From Candidatus Omnitrophota bacterium (GTDB taxonomy: Bacteria > Omnitrophota > Gorgyraeia > Zapsychrales > Zapsychraceae): 64,000 bases of DNA. This document shows positions 28,747 to 38,064 of this stretch, in pieces. Below the pieces are notes generated by a model. That model made no database searches. It had not been told where the DNA came from and was given only the letters and a program-made list of their open reading frames with translations. The DNA lies in NCBI GenBank assembly GCA_020429915.1, contig JAGQKV010000002.1, forward strand, positions 256,061 to 320,060, written 5' to 3'. A program made the position numbers and the translations under genes. Numbering within the stretch: position 1 is the stretch's first letter; every line of letters begins with the position of its first letter.

Positions 28747-30216
28747 TCAGGTAAGGACGGGAAGTTCGACAGTGAACGTCGTACCTTTCCCTAAGGTGCT
28801 GGTAACATTGATATTGCCGTTATGAGCCTTGGCGATGGACTGGGCGATGTTCAGTCCCAGCCCGGTGCCGGATTCCTGCGTATCGTCAGCTCTGGGAACG
28901 CGAAAGAATTTTCGGAAAATATTGCGCAGATCCTCTTCCGAGATCCCCGGGCCCGTATCGGCAATAACCACACGGCAGGTTTGGCCCTGGCGGTGCAGTG
29001 AGACGCGCACCGATTCGCCGGCCGCGATATACTTGATCGCGTTACCGATGATATTGTGAAACAGACGGCGCAAGTGGACCTTATCCGCTTCCACACGGAT
29101 ATCCTCCGTTGGGATATCAAAAGTGATCACGATTTTCTTGGGTTCCGCGAGGATACGGGATTGCTCCGCGATTTCATCCATAAGCGCCGTCAGGCTGATG
29201 TCTTCGAACTGGAAGATATCGGGACGGTAATCCAGTTTGGCCAGCAGCAACAGGTCCTTGACCACTTTGATCATATGGTCGATGACCTCCAGACAGTCGG
29301 ACAACACCTTTTGATATTCGGCAGGAGTCTTCTCACTGTCGAGGGCAAGTTCGATCTCGCCCCGCAGCACGGCCAGCGGGGTTTTCAGTTCATGTGCGAC
29401 ATGGGAATTGAATTCACTGACGTGACCGAAGGAAGTCTCCAGTCGCTTAATCATGACGTTAAAAGACTGGATTAGCTCATGCATCTCCGCATCGACGGTT
29501 TTTTCCGGGATGCGCGCTCCGAGGTCTTTGTGTGTGATACGGTTGGCCATGTCCACGACTTCCCGGACCGGTTTCAATGACTCACGCGTGAAATAGCTTC
29601 CCACAAAACTGGTTCCCGCCAGGAACACCAGGATGGCCAGCGTCAGGAACAGTCCTAGCCGGCCGAGGACCGAATGAATATTGTCCTCCGAGGTGCCGAT
29701 CTGGACCGTCAGCCGGATCTGTCCCAGCGATACCGGTAAATTGATCATCCGTAGTCTCAGCGCCGCGTCACTAAATGAACGATAGTGCAGGGCGGTCAAG
29801 TCCGAAGGGGTCGCCGGCCCGAACAGGCGGGCGATATCGGCTGTATAGTTGTGCGAACTGAAGAGCGTTTGCCCGCGGGCATTCATGATGTTGATATAGT
29901 CATTCTTCAGATTCAGAACTTCCAGCTGGGATTTCCAAATATCATCGACGATCATACGGCGGTCGGCCGCTGCGTACTCGCTGTGCAAAAGATCCAGCAT
30001 CGTGGCGATGGGATGGCTGCGGCCGCGTTCCACGCGTTCGTAGGCCGCCAGGATACTGGCGACTTCCTCCGCCTTGATTTTCAACTCCTCGTCCAGGTCA
30101 TGGTAGAGAATGTTGTAGACGCTTCCGTAAATGACGGATCCAAAAAGGACAAGGATGGCCGCCAGAATAACCGAGTAAAGAATGCTGGCCTTGAAACGGA
30201 TCGAATTGAAGCGCAT
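28747..30216 (-). CDS. sensor histidine kinase (CusS/BaeS/CpxA-like architecture)
   Basis: 489 aa; TM-periplasmic(~150 aa)-TM-HAMP-HisKA(HVAHELKTPL)-HATPase_c(GTGLGLNIAQSIAKAHNG); 1-nt gap after the OmpR-type regulator gene. Confidence 0.85.
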   Translation of the reverse strand: MRFNSIRFKASILYSVILAAILVLFGSVIYGSVYNILYHDLDEELKIKAEEVASILAAYERVERGRSHPIATMLDLLHSEYAAADRRMIVDDIWKSQLEVLNLKNDYINIMNARGQTLFSSHNYTADIARLFGPATPSDLTALHYRSFSDAALRLRMINLPVSLGQIRLTVQIGTSEDNIHSVLGRLGLFLTLAILVFLAGTSFVGSYFTRESLKPVREVVDMANRITHKDLGARIPEKTVDAEMHELIQSFNVMIKRLETSFGHVSEFNSHVAHELKTPLAVLRGEIELALDSEKTPAEYQKVLSDCLEVIDHMIKVVKDLLLLAKLDYRPDIFQFEDISLTALMDEIAEQSRILAEPKKIVITFDIPTEDIRVEADKVHLRRLFHNIIGNAIKYIAAGESVRVSLHRQGQTCRVVIADTGPGISEEDLRNIFRKFFRVPRADDTQESGTGLGLNIAQSIAKAHNGNINVTSTLGKGTTFTVELPVLT

Positions 30217-30217
30217 A

Positions 30218-30892
30218 TCAGGATTCCTTTAAGACGTAGCCGGCCCCGCGAACGGAATGAATAAGTTTGTGATCAAAGTCCGCATCGATCTTTTTGCGCA
30301 GATAATTAACATAAACGTTTATCACATTGGAAAAGCTGTCGAAATCGTCATTCCACACATGTTCGGATATCATGGTGCGGGTCACCACCTGTCCGGCGTT
30401 CAGCATCAGATATTCCAGCAGTGCGAATTCCGTGCTTGTGAGCTCAATTTCCCGGTCCCCCCGAGTCACTTTCCGGGTAATCTGATTCAATTGCAGGTCG
30501 GCTACCTTAAGTACCGGGCTGGCTGCGTCCGTATTGCGCCGGATGAGAGCGCGGATGCGGGCGAGAAATTCGGCGAAGACAAACGGTTTCGTCAGATAAT
30601 CGTCGGCCCCGGCGTCTAGTCCCGAGATCTTGTCTTCCACGTCGTCGCGGGCCGTCAGCATCAGGATGGGGGTGCCGAGTTTCAATTTGCGCAACTGCCG
30701 GCATATGTACAAACCGTCTTTCCCCGGCAGCATGATGTCGAGAACGATTAAATCATAAGGGACTTCGCGGGCCTGAAACAAGCCGCTGTCGCCGTCTGCG
30801 GCCACGTCCACGGCATACCCCTTTTCTTTAAGGCCCCGCTTGATAAAGCTGGCAAGCTTCTTTTCGTCTTCAACGACTAAGATGCGCATCAA
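30218..30892 (-). CDS. OmpR/PhoB-family DNA-binding response regulator
   Basis: 224 aa; receiver domain (ILVVEDE...LIVLDIMLPGKDG) and winged-helix output domain (VTRTMISEHVW...YVNYLRKKID). Confidence 0.9.
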   Translation of the reverse strand: MMRILVVEDEKKLASFIKRGLKEKGYAVDVAADGDSGLFQAREVPYDLIVLDIMLPGKDGLYICRQLRKLKLGTPILMLTARDDVEDKISGLDAGADDYLTKPFVFAEFLARIRALIRRNTDAASPVLKVADLQLNQITRKVTRGDREIELTSTEFALLEYLMLNAGQVVTRTMISEHVWNDDFDSFSNVINVYVNYLRKKIDADFDHKLIHSVRGAGYVLKES

Positions 30893-30948
30893 ATTCTCCT
30901 TGATTGGTCTTGAAACGGGCGATCGGTCCGGCAGGGTCGTCTGAGAGA

Positions 30949-31689
30949 TTAGGGATGATTGCGTATATCTTCGAGTTTTTTTCGGAGCTGTTCAGCCGCC
31001 AGTTGTTGCGCTTCGCGGAATTCCTGTTGAATGGCGAGGCGCTCCTCCGGAGAGTTCGCCGTTTGCATACGGCTTTGGAATTCTTCCATGGCAGCTTGCT
31101 GAGAGCGGACATGCTCCTGGGAAAGGATTTGCATGTCTTGGGCGCGCTGCAGCTGGACTTCCGCCCGGTCATACTGTTGTTGCACCCGTTCGCGCTCTTG
31201 CTGCAGGCGCTGCCGTTGATAGGCTGTGTCGGCATTCTGGACCGAACCGTTCAGATGCTGTTCCCTGACGGCGAAGATTTCCTCTTGCATCTGCCGCGCG
31301 GCCTCCTGCTGGTTCTTCTGGTACCGGTTGCGTATGGCCTGCTGTTCCTCCGGCGAGGCGGTATTACGGATTTCCTCCTGGAAAGATATGGCAGCCTGCT
31401 GCTGTTTTAGGTAATGAGTCTGGGCGACTGCCTGCAGTTTTTCCGCCAACTCCCGCTGACGTTCATAGAGCTCTCTTTGGGCATTCTCAACCGGGTTGGT
31501 GTCATCAATCAGCGGCGCGGTCTCGTCAGGGGTCAACACCCGTGTTTCCGCGGCCCGCGTTTGCAACTGGCGGATCATCCCTTCCCGCTGGCGCTGGGCG
31601 TCCCGGTAACGTTCCATGGCGGGGTCCTGCGCCAGCGCGTTGCCGATCGGAAATAAGCAGGCGCCAAGGCAATATGCGGCGATCTTCAT
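30949..31689 (-). CDS. periplasmic Gln/Arg/Glu-rich coiled-coil protein with repeated SPEEQ/SPEER (LTXXQ-like) motifs; CpxP/Spy-like
   Basis: Start trimmed to MKIAAYCLGACLF (signal peptide; the track ORF extends to 31731); internally repetitive, e.g. NTASPEEQQAIRNRYQKNQQEAARQMQEE and TANSPEERLAIQQEFREAQQLAAEQ; first gene of the regulator-kinase operon. Confidence 0.55.
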   Translation of the reverse strand: MKIAAYCLGACLFPIGNALAQDPAMERYRDAQRQREGMIRQLQTRAAETRVLTPDETAPLIDDTNPVENAQRELYERQRELAEKLQAVAQTHYLKQQQAAISFQEEIRNTASPEEQQAIRNRYQKNQQEAARQMQEEIFAVREQHLNGSVQNADTAYQRQRLQQERERVQQQYDRAEVQLQRAQDMQILSQEHVRSQQAAMEEFQSRMQTANSPEERLAIQQEFREAQQLAAEQLRKKLEDIRNHP

Positions 31690-31798
31690 ATACAACTTGT
31701 TGCGGGATATAGCGTATTTACGCATGATCATTTGAAAGGCTCTTGTGTTAGTGACTTTAGCAGAATTATACTCCGGGATGGGGCCGATGGCAAGCCGG

Positions 31799-33385
31799 CT
31801 AATCGGAACTCTGAGTATGTGCGTTCAACCAGGCGAGGTCTTCAAGCGCCGCGGCTTGATCGGGATTTTCACTGAGGATCCGGGACAGGTCCGACCGGGC
31901 CTCGGTATAGTTTCCGATGGCGGCGTAACAATTCGCCCGGCTCAGCAGCGCGTCGACATGGTCCGGCCGGAGCGACAACGCGCGTGTGTAGTCACTAATC
32001 GCCTCGGTGCAACGGTCCGCCAAGTGATAGGCGTGGCCCCGGTTGATCCAGGCCAGCGGATGCGCCCGACGGCGGAGCTGATCATCAGTCCCTCCCAGAT
32101 TCTCCATCAGTGAGACAGTCTCGCCTGTGCGCAGATACGTTAGGGCCCATCGCTTCCACGGGACGGAATTCAACGGATTGACCGCGACCCAATAGCGGGT
32201 ATAGGTCCGTTCGTCATGCCACTTGGCATTGTGACCGAGCGTCAGAAAGGTCAGCGCCAGAGTCAATCCCACCACCAGACCGCTGAACGACCGGGCCGGG
32301 ATCCGTCCTTTGAGGCTCAGCAGGCCGCCCGCTGCCAGGGCATAGAATCCGATGGATGACAGAACGAACCACAGCGGCTCGATGATCGCTGTTCCGGTAC
32401 GCGGACTGTAAATAAAGGCGGCCACCGTCAGAGGCAACAGTCCGCTGCAGTGGATGGCCAACCACAGTCCCTTCTCCGTGTTTCTCCAGCGTACGTTCAA
32501 TAGATAGACCAGACCGATCATAGTTACTACCAGATTGAAGCTCTTCAGCCACACGTGCGGCGTATCGAGCGGCTGGTCCCACAGGAATATCGTACGGGCC
32601 GGCAGCAGGAGTTGGGTGTGATACCAGCACAATAAATCCCACAGCACGGCCATGTATTGCGGCAGCGACAGGTTCGCCTGCAGCAGAGACATAAGGCTGC
32701 GTGTGCCCGGAGCGGTCAGGCGTACCGCGGCAACAGCCACCACCACCAGCACATACGGCCACAGATGCCGGATTAGCGTCGGGATGGTCATCTTGATACG
32801 GTAGCGGGCGATGACTATCATCACTAACGGCAACGCGATGGCGCTCAGATGCGACAGCAGAGCGGCCGCGAACAGGGCCGTGCTTAGGACGGCATCTTTC
32901 CTTCCGGCTTTGTCGAGATGGCGGATGAAAAACCACACCGACCCCAGACCTGATAATAGGTAGACATTGAGGCACAGCGTGAAACAGTTGCTGACCAGCG
33001 GATGGTGGAGCGGATGGACCGCGTACAGCACGGCGGTTATCAGGGCCGCTTGTTCCGAGGCAGCCAGTGTACGGACGATACGGTACACCAAATAGCAGGC
33101 GACGTTGTACAGAGTAAAGTTGACCAGGTGATACAAAACCGGGGCCGCGCCGAAAATGGCGACGCACGTACGTAAAATCAGAAAGGCGAACGGCCGGTAA
33201 AAGCCGTGATAGCTCTTTGAAAGGATATCCCAGACAGGAAGGTCGGCGAGATTGCCCGGATCATGAATAAACGCCCAGTCATCAAGGACAAATCCGTTGG
33301 CAAACGCGTTAAAGTAGGCCAACAGGGTCAGACCGAATAAAATCCTTGCCGGCGGCCATTTGATCCGGTCGAGAATGGTGGGCAA
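31799..33385 (-). CDS. polytopic membrane protein with C-terminal TPR repeats (PMT/ArnT/TMTC-like glycosyltransferase-fold candidate)
   Basis: 528 aa; ~11 TM helices in N-terminal 400 aa; C-terminal ~120 aa of TPR repeats (AYHLADRCTEAISDYTRALSLRPDHVDALLSRANCYAAIGNYTEA). Confidence 0.65.
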   Translation of the reverse strand: MPTILDRIKWPPARILFGLTLLAYFNAFANGFVLDDWAFIHDPGNLADLPVWDILSKSYHGFYRPFAFLILRTCVAIFGAAPVLYHLVNFTLYNVACYLVYRIVRTLAASEQAALITAVLYAVHPLHHPLVSNCFTLCLNVYLLSGLGSVWFFIRHLDKAGRKDAVLSTALFAAALLSHLSAIALPLVMIVIARYRIKMTIPTLIRHLWPYVLVVVAVAAVRLTAPGTRSLMSLLQANLSLPQYMAVLWDLLCWYHTQLLLPARTIFLWDQPLDTPHVWLKSFNLVVTMIGLVYLLNVRWRNTEKGLWLAIHCSGLLPLTVAAFIYSPRTGTAIIEPLWFVLSSIGFYALAAGGLLSLKGRIPARSFSGLVVGLTLALTFLTLGHNAKWHDERTYTRYWVAVNPLNSVPWKRWALTYLRTGETVSLMENLGGTDDQLRRRAHPLAWINRGHAYHLADRCTEAISDYTRALSLRPDHVDALLSRANCYAAIGNYTEARSDLSRILSENPDQAAALEDLAWLNAHTQSSD

Positions 33386-33398
33386 CGAACGGCTGATA

Positions 33399-33851
33399 TC
33401 ACTCCCCCAACGTGTAAAACAATCGATCGTCCGCGGCCAGCTCCGCGGAAATGCGTTCCTTCAGGCGTACTGCGATGTCCCTGTCCAGGCCCGGCGGCGG
33501 CAATTCATTCAGTTTTAACCCGCCCATTTGCAGAAAGGCCATATTCATTTGAATACGGCCGTAAAGTTGTCGCCGACCGAGAGCCGTATTAATCTGAAAT
33601 TCACCGACCAGATCCCGGTAGGTGCCCGCCATGATTTCCTGAAGGCGCAGATGGCCTTCAACGGGATTCATGATGATCAATTCGGATTGGGCCTCTTCGT
33701 TACTTTTATCGTCCAGCGGTTGCAGGATATGCCGCACACGTTTGAAGCGTTTGAGTTGGCGGGGAGAAAGCGATTGGGCATACGCCTCCGAGACCGTAAG
33801 AATGAGGAACACGGCAACGGCGACAGATCGAATTGGGCGAATCGGTTTCAT
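33399..33851 (-). CDS. hypothetical secreted protein
   Basis: Start trimmed to MKPIRPIRSVAVAVFLILTVSEAYA (signal peptide); no family recognised. Confidence 0.45.
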   Translation of the reverse strand: MKPIRPIRSVAVAVFLILTVSEAYAQSLSPRQLKRFKRVRHILQPLDDKSNEEAQSELIIMNPVEGHLRLQEIMAGTYRDLVGEFQINTALGRRQLYGRIQMNMAFLQMGGLKLNELPPPGLDRDIAVRLKERISAELAADDRLFYTLGE

Positions 33852-33936
33852 TGTGCGGATTGCTGCGAGTGATCGCTGGAATAAACTTCTCGGAAAATCT
33901 TGGCTAACGATAAAAATCGGGACACATAAACATGAC

Positions 33937-34161
33937 TCAGTTTTTATGTCGGAATGTGATGCGGCCTTTGCCCAGGTCATACGGAGATAGGGCGACGGTG
34001 ACCTTGTCGCCGGGCAGGATCTTGATAAAAAACTTCCGCAGTTTACCGGCCGGGTAAGCGGTGACCGTGTGCCCGGTGGTATCGATTTCCACCGAGAATT
34101 TTGCGTTCGAGAGGGCCTTGGTCACTGTCCCTTCGACTTCAATGGCATCATCTTTAGACAT
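33937..34161 (-). CDS. infA: translation initiation factor IF-1
   Basis: 74 aa from [13 protein letters not shown]...; S1-like oligonucleotide-binding-fold sequence nearly collinear with bacterial IF-1 ([33 protein letters not shown]). Confidence 0.9.
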   Translation of the reverse strand: MSKDDAIEVEGTVTKALSNAKFSVEIDTTGHTVTAYPAGKLRKFFIKILPGDKVTVALSPYDLGKGRITFRHKN

Positions 34162-34205
34162 TGCTTGAGTATTCCCCCCTGGCCTGTTCAAGGCCGTTGT
34201 CCCGG

Positions 34206-34427
34206 TCATAGCATCCGGGTTTCCACCTTTTCGCGGCGGATGTGAAATGCACGAAACCCTTTGTGCGAAGGTTCCATTTCAAATTCGACGTGATCCCCCT
34301 CGTGCAGGTCGTTAAAGGGCGTGTTCCATAGGCATGCCTTGTGGAAGTGCGCTTCCTCTCCTGCCGAAGTGAGGATTTTCCCGTGTTCGCTTTCGGGATA
34401 AAGCTTGTAGATGGTCCCTACGTGCAT
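34206..34427 (-). CDS. small hypothetical protein (73 aa), possibly a cold-shock/S1-like domain
   Basis: His/aromatic pattern reminiscent of a cold-shock domain fold; 4-nt overlap with infA; weak. Confidence 0.4.
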   Translation of the reverse strand: MHVGTIYKLYPESEHGKILTSAGEEAHFHKACLWNTPFNDLHEGDHVEFEMEPSHKGFRAFHIRREKVETRML

Positions 34428-34675
34428 CGTTCCCCCTTAGTGAATGAACTCATGATTAATAAAACGTTTACTCCGAGTACACTCAACCTACGTGCGGCGA
34501 CAAAATCTGGAGCCTGATACCGGCTCTGCTGTCAGGAAACAAATATGGTAGGCGCTCTCGATACTGAAACTCTGGTATCCAAGTGATTACGGGCATTATA
34601 GCGCACTACTCCTTAAAACACAATATATATATGTTGCCCACGAGAAAAACAGCATATATTGTGCCGCGGGGATGG

Positions 34676-34957
34676 TCAACGCTTAGGATGGGGGCCGGTG
34701 GCAGCGGACCGAAACCGGTATCCGTTGAATACAATCGCCGGATAGCAGAGCAAGACTGTGAGGAAAATGAGGTAAATATTGCTGGTGAAATAACCGATGA
34801 CGCCGCACAGCAGGGAGATCAGCAAGATCGTGGCCGCCAATCCCGTCCAGTTCGGTGTCAACTCCAAAATCATCCGGCAGTGATTGCAGGTCCGCATCCT
34901 TCCCCGTTGCGCGAGCGCGCGCAGGGACAAGTGCTTTTGGCAGGAAGGACATTTCAA
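34676..34957 (-). CDS. small membrane protein with N-terminal zinc-ribbon (CxxC...CxxC) and two TM helices
   Basis: 93 aa; MKCPSCQKH...CNHCRM then hydrophobic helices; 17 nt downstream of ccsA stop. Confidence 0.45.
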   Translation of the reverse strand: MKCPSCQKHLSLRALAQRGRMRTCNHCRMILELTPNWTGLAATILLISLLCGVIGYFTSNIYLIFLTVLLCYPAIVFNGYRFRSAATGPHPKR

Positions 34958-34973
34958 AATGCCGTCTCCCGTT

Positions 34974-36905
34974 TTAGATCTTCATGCCTTTTTTGCCGAG
35001 CACGAACACCGTCACCGCCAGGAAAACCAACTCGAACAAAACATAGGTGATCAGTCCCATGGCAATGCCGGAGGTGAATCCGTAGGAATGCAGTCCGACG
35101 CTGAGCAGGTTGACACCGAACCACGCCCACATCACAACAATGAGCGTAAGGATAGAGCCGACGGCGACACCCAACGGGTGTATAAGTTTGGCCAATCGCA
35201 TATGAAACAGTAATGCCACCCACAGCACGATCATCAGCGCGCCGTTCTCTTTGGGGTCCCATCCCCAAAAACGTCCCCATGACTGATCGGCCCATATCCC
35301 TCCCAGCGCGGTGCCGAGAAAGGTCGTGGTGAGTCCGAAACCGAGAATGCCCAAGGTATTGTTCAGCGTGGCATTCAGGCGCTTGGTGTTCTTGGAATCA
35401 AACAGGGCCTGCAGGACATAAATATGCCCCATGATCCCACCCACGCAGCATCCGGCATAACCGATGGTAATGGTAATCACGTGAGTACTCAGCCAGAAAT
35501 TCGAATCAAGTACGGCCACCAGGACTTTCAGGGTGTCACCGTCCCCACCGAATTTCGAGGCAATTGTCAAAAAGATCAGACCACTGACGCTGGCAATGGT
35601 CAGGCCCAGCGAGTTGCGGTTGACCCACTCCAGAATAAATCCGAGAATAACGGCTATCAGCCCGACGAAAATGAATGTCTCAAACAGATTGCTGACTGGC
35701 GGGCGGGCCATGATCAAAATGCGCAGGATTTGTGCGATCAGATGAGGAACGAAACCGGCCACAGCAAGGACCGCCGCCGTACGTGACAGCCAGGGTCGGG
35801 AAGAAAGCAGGCTGAACAACAGAAACATAAAGGCCAAACCGTAACCCAGCTTGGCCCACAAAAATCCGTTGAAGTCATTGTAAAACAATTCCAGTCCGAA
35901 CCGGTCGTATTGCTCCTTCTCTTTCGGTGACAGCCGCTTGCCGACAGAATCCAGATAGGCCTTGGCTGCAATATTAAACTGCAACTGCTCGCCGTTCCAG
36001 TAGTACACGGTCATGTTGCGAATGTGTGTAATCTCGTCGAAGTAAGCCTCCTGGTCCACGTTCAGCCGCATGATGTCCATCGGGCTCAACCAGCTTTCCT
36101 CTTCATATCTGACGGTGGGAATGACACCGAACGGCGCGTTGCCGTAATGTTCGGTCCAGAAATACATCGCGTTGATCAATCGCGCCACGGTCTTACCTTC
36201 TTCACTCCACTGCTGCACATCCCCGCCGCGCAGGACCATGGCCGCGGCTTCCAGTTTGTCGGTGACCACATACAGGTCATAAAAACTAAATTTGTCCCGG
36301 TCCGTGGCCAGCCCAAGTTTCTCTTTAATTTCCGGAGACGTCAAATCAAAGTCCGGATGCGGAAAGGCGTAGGCAAAGGCACCCGAAATACGGATGTAAT
36401 AGCCGAGGTTCGAGTAAACGCGCAGGATCTCCCGTTCGACGGCGGAAAGTTCTTTTTCATCGATGTCCATGAGGACCTCGGCCAACTCTTTTATCTTGTC
36501 GTAACCCGGTTCCAGCTGACGCCATGAGTAACGCCGGCGTTTTTCCGGATCCACTTTTATCGCCTCGAGGATTTCCGGATTATTAATCAGAAAGATCTGG
36601 TCGCGATAGGTCGTCCGGGGTGCGAAAATAAACCGGGCGAACCACTCCAGCGCGCTCTCCTTACCGTATGAACGACGCCCAGACAAACGCAGCAGGAAGC
36701 TCTTGGCAAAGGTTTCCATCGGTTTGATGCGACCTTCGTTCAGGACGGGAATCCGGGCAAAGGCTTCAAGGTCATTGACCTTGGTGGGCTTCAGCGTGTC
36801 CAGCGGACAAATGTTCTGGGCCGTGGCGTTCCCGGAATACAGCAGTCCGGTCAGGACGGTCAGAAGCAAAAATCCGTTGCCGAGATTTCGGAGTTTATTT
36901 CGCAT
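34974..36905 (-). CDS. ccsA: cytochrome c biogenesis protein CcsA/ResC (System II), long form with N-terminal periplasmic domain
   Basis: Trp-rich WWD motif (WGRFWGWDPKENGALMIVLW) and conserved His residues in the C-terminal TM bundle; start trimmed to MRNKLRNLG (signal peptide), overlapping the 3' end of ccsB. Confidence 0.8.
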   Translation of the reverse strand: MRNKLRNLGNGFLLLTVLTGLLYSGNATAQNICPLDTLKPTKVNDLEAFARIPVLNEGRIKPMETFAKSFLLRLSGRRSYGKESALEWFARFIFAPRTTYRDQIFLINNPEILEAIKVDPEKRRRYSWRQLEPGYDKIKELAEVLMDIDEKELSAVEREILRVYSNLGYYIRISGAFAYAFPHPDFDLTSPEIKEKLGLATDRDKFSFYDLYVVTDKLEAAAMVLRGGDVQQWSEEGKTVARLINAMYFWTEHYGNAPFGVIPTVRYEEESWLSPMDIMRLNVDQEAYFDEITHIRNMTVYYWNGEQLQFNIAAKAYLDSVGKRLSPKEKEQYDRFGLELFYNDFNGFLWAKLGYGLAFMFLLFSLLSSRPWLSRTAAVLAVAGFVPHLIAQILRILIMARPPVSNLFETFIFVGLIAVILGFILEWVNRNSLGLTIASVSGLIFLTIASKFGGDGDTLKVLVAVLDSNFWLSTHVITITIGYAGCCVGGIMGHIYVLQALFDSKNTKRLNATLNNTLGILGFGLTTTFLGTALGGIWADQSWGRFWGWDPKENGALMIVLWVALLFHMRLAKLIHPLGVAVGSILTLIVVMWAWFGVNLLSVGLHSYGFTSGIAMGLITYVLFELVFLAVTVFVLGKKGMKI

Positions 36906-38064
36906 GCGGCGCTCCCTGCCGTTGACGTTTGCGTGTGTTGACAGCGGCCATGGCAAAGTGAATGACCAAACCGGCGAACGTCACAAAGGTTGAAATGTAG
37001 GGAAGGACACGTCCGTGATTCCGGACCACGGCCAGCGTCGAACTTTCATTGCGGAACTGGTCGACGGAAAATGATGACTGATAAAAGGTGTACTCCCGGT
37101 GCCGCAACGGATTATTCATGGTGATCGGCTTCTCCCGCCACTGCCCCCCGGTGTCGACGGCAACCTTGCTTTTGAAGCTGCGTGCCGTTTGCGTCCCCGG
37201 ATGCTCTTCCTTGATGAATTCCACCAGCTTGAGCGTAAACGGCATCGGGTAGCGTTTCAAGCGCAGGCTCAAATGATACGTCTTCCCACCGGCCTCGATC
37301 GGCGTCGGAATTCTTTCGGCACCGTAGAGTATGACGTGTGAACTGCCTTCGGGTGTTGTGACCTCCAGAATAATTCCCGGGGTATTGCGTTCCGGTTCCT
37401 TTTCCAATTTGGCGGCCTCAATTTTTTGCACGCCCGAGGCATTCAGATAGCGGCTGTCTCCGTCATTGACCGCATAGGCGTTGGCATTGCGATGATACTC
37501 GAGTAACTTGATAATGATCCCGCTGTCCTCCATCGGCAGCGGCTGGTTGATCTTCAAACGGGCGACATCGACTCCGGTCACCGTGCGGATTACTTTACCG
37601 TCGGTCCGTTCGGGCGGGGCCTCCCAGATTGCCAGCTCCCAATCATGAAAAGCCGATGAAACATTCGTGGCCTGGCCTTCCTTGAGGGTGACATGACTTT
37701 CTTCCGCCGTATTCAGAATCACGTAGCCCGAAACAAAAAACATCAGCAGACCGATATGGATGACAAGGATACCAAAATTTTTCCAACTGTAGACAAAGCG
37801 AATCAGCATAACCGCCAGGACGTTGATAAACAGGATCCACATAACCAGTTGCCCGCCGGGAAAGGGGATGAAGCCCAGAACCAGGAAATAAAAGGAATGA
37901 AAGAATCTTTCCTGGGCGAGATACAGTCCGCTCTGGACCTGCGCGATTGTCCCCCACAGAGTAAGCAGGAACAGCAAGAAAATACCCAGACAGGTGATTC
38001 TCAGCGAAGCCAGGGCTTGAAGAAGTTTGATTTTGCGTAATTTTTGTCGGAACTTTGAAGTCAT
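36895..38064 (-). CDS. ccsB: cytochrome c biogenesis protein CcsB/ResB (Ccs1)
   Basis: 389 aa; N-terminal TM helices, large periplasmic domain, C-terminal TM helix; classic ResB layout immediately upstream of ccsA. Confidence 0.8.
   Translation of the reverse strand: MTSKFRQKLRKIKLLQALASLRITCLGIFLLFLLTLWGTIAQVQSGLYLAQERFFHSFYFLVLGFIPFPGGQLVMWILFINVLAVMLIRFVYSWKNFGILVIHIGLLMFFVSGYVILNTAEESHVTLKEGQATNVSSAFHDWELAIWEAPPERTDGKVIRTVTGVDVARLKINQPLPMEDSGIIIKLLEYHRNANAYAVNDGDSRYLNASGVQKIEAAKLEKEPERNTPGIILEVTTPEGSSHVILYGAERIPTPIEAGGKTYHLSLRLKRYPMPFTLKLVEFIKEEHPGTQTARSFKSKVAVDTGGQWREKPITMNNPLRHREYTFYQSSFSVDQFRNESSTLAVVRNHGRVLPYISTFVTFAGLVIHFAMAAVNTRKRQRQGAPHAK

Noticed and set aside
34428-34675. Possible tRNA-like or ncRNA hairpins (GAGCC-N7-GGCTC, GATAC-N10-GTATC) in the 250-bp gap upstream of ORF 34206-34427
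   Set aside because: Isolated short stems without a cloverleaf or a recognisable riboswitch core. Insufficient evidence.
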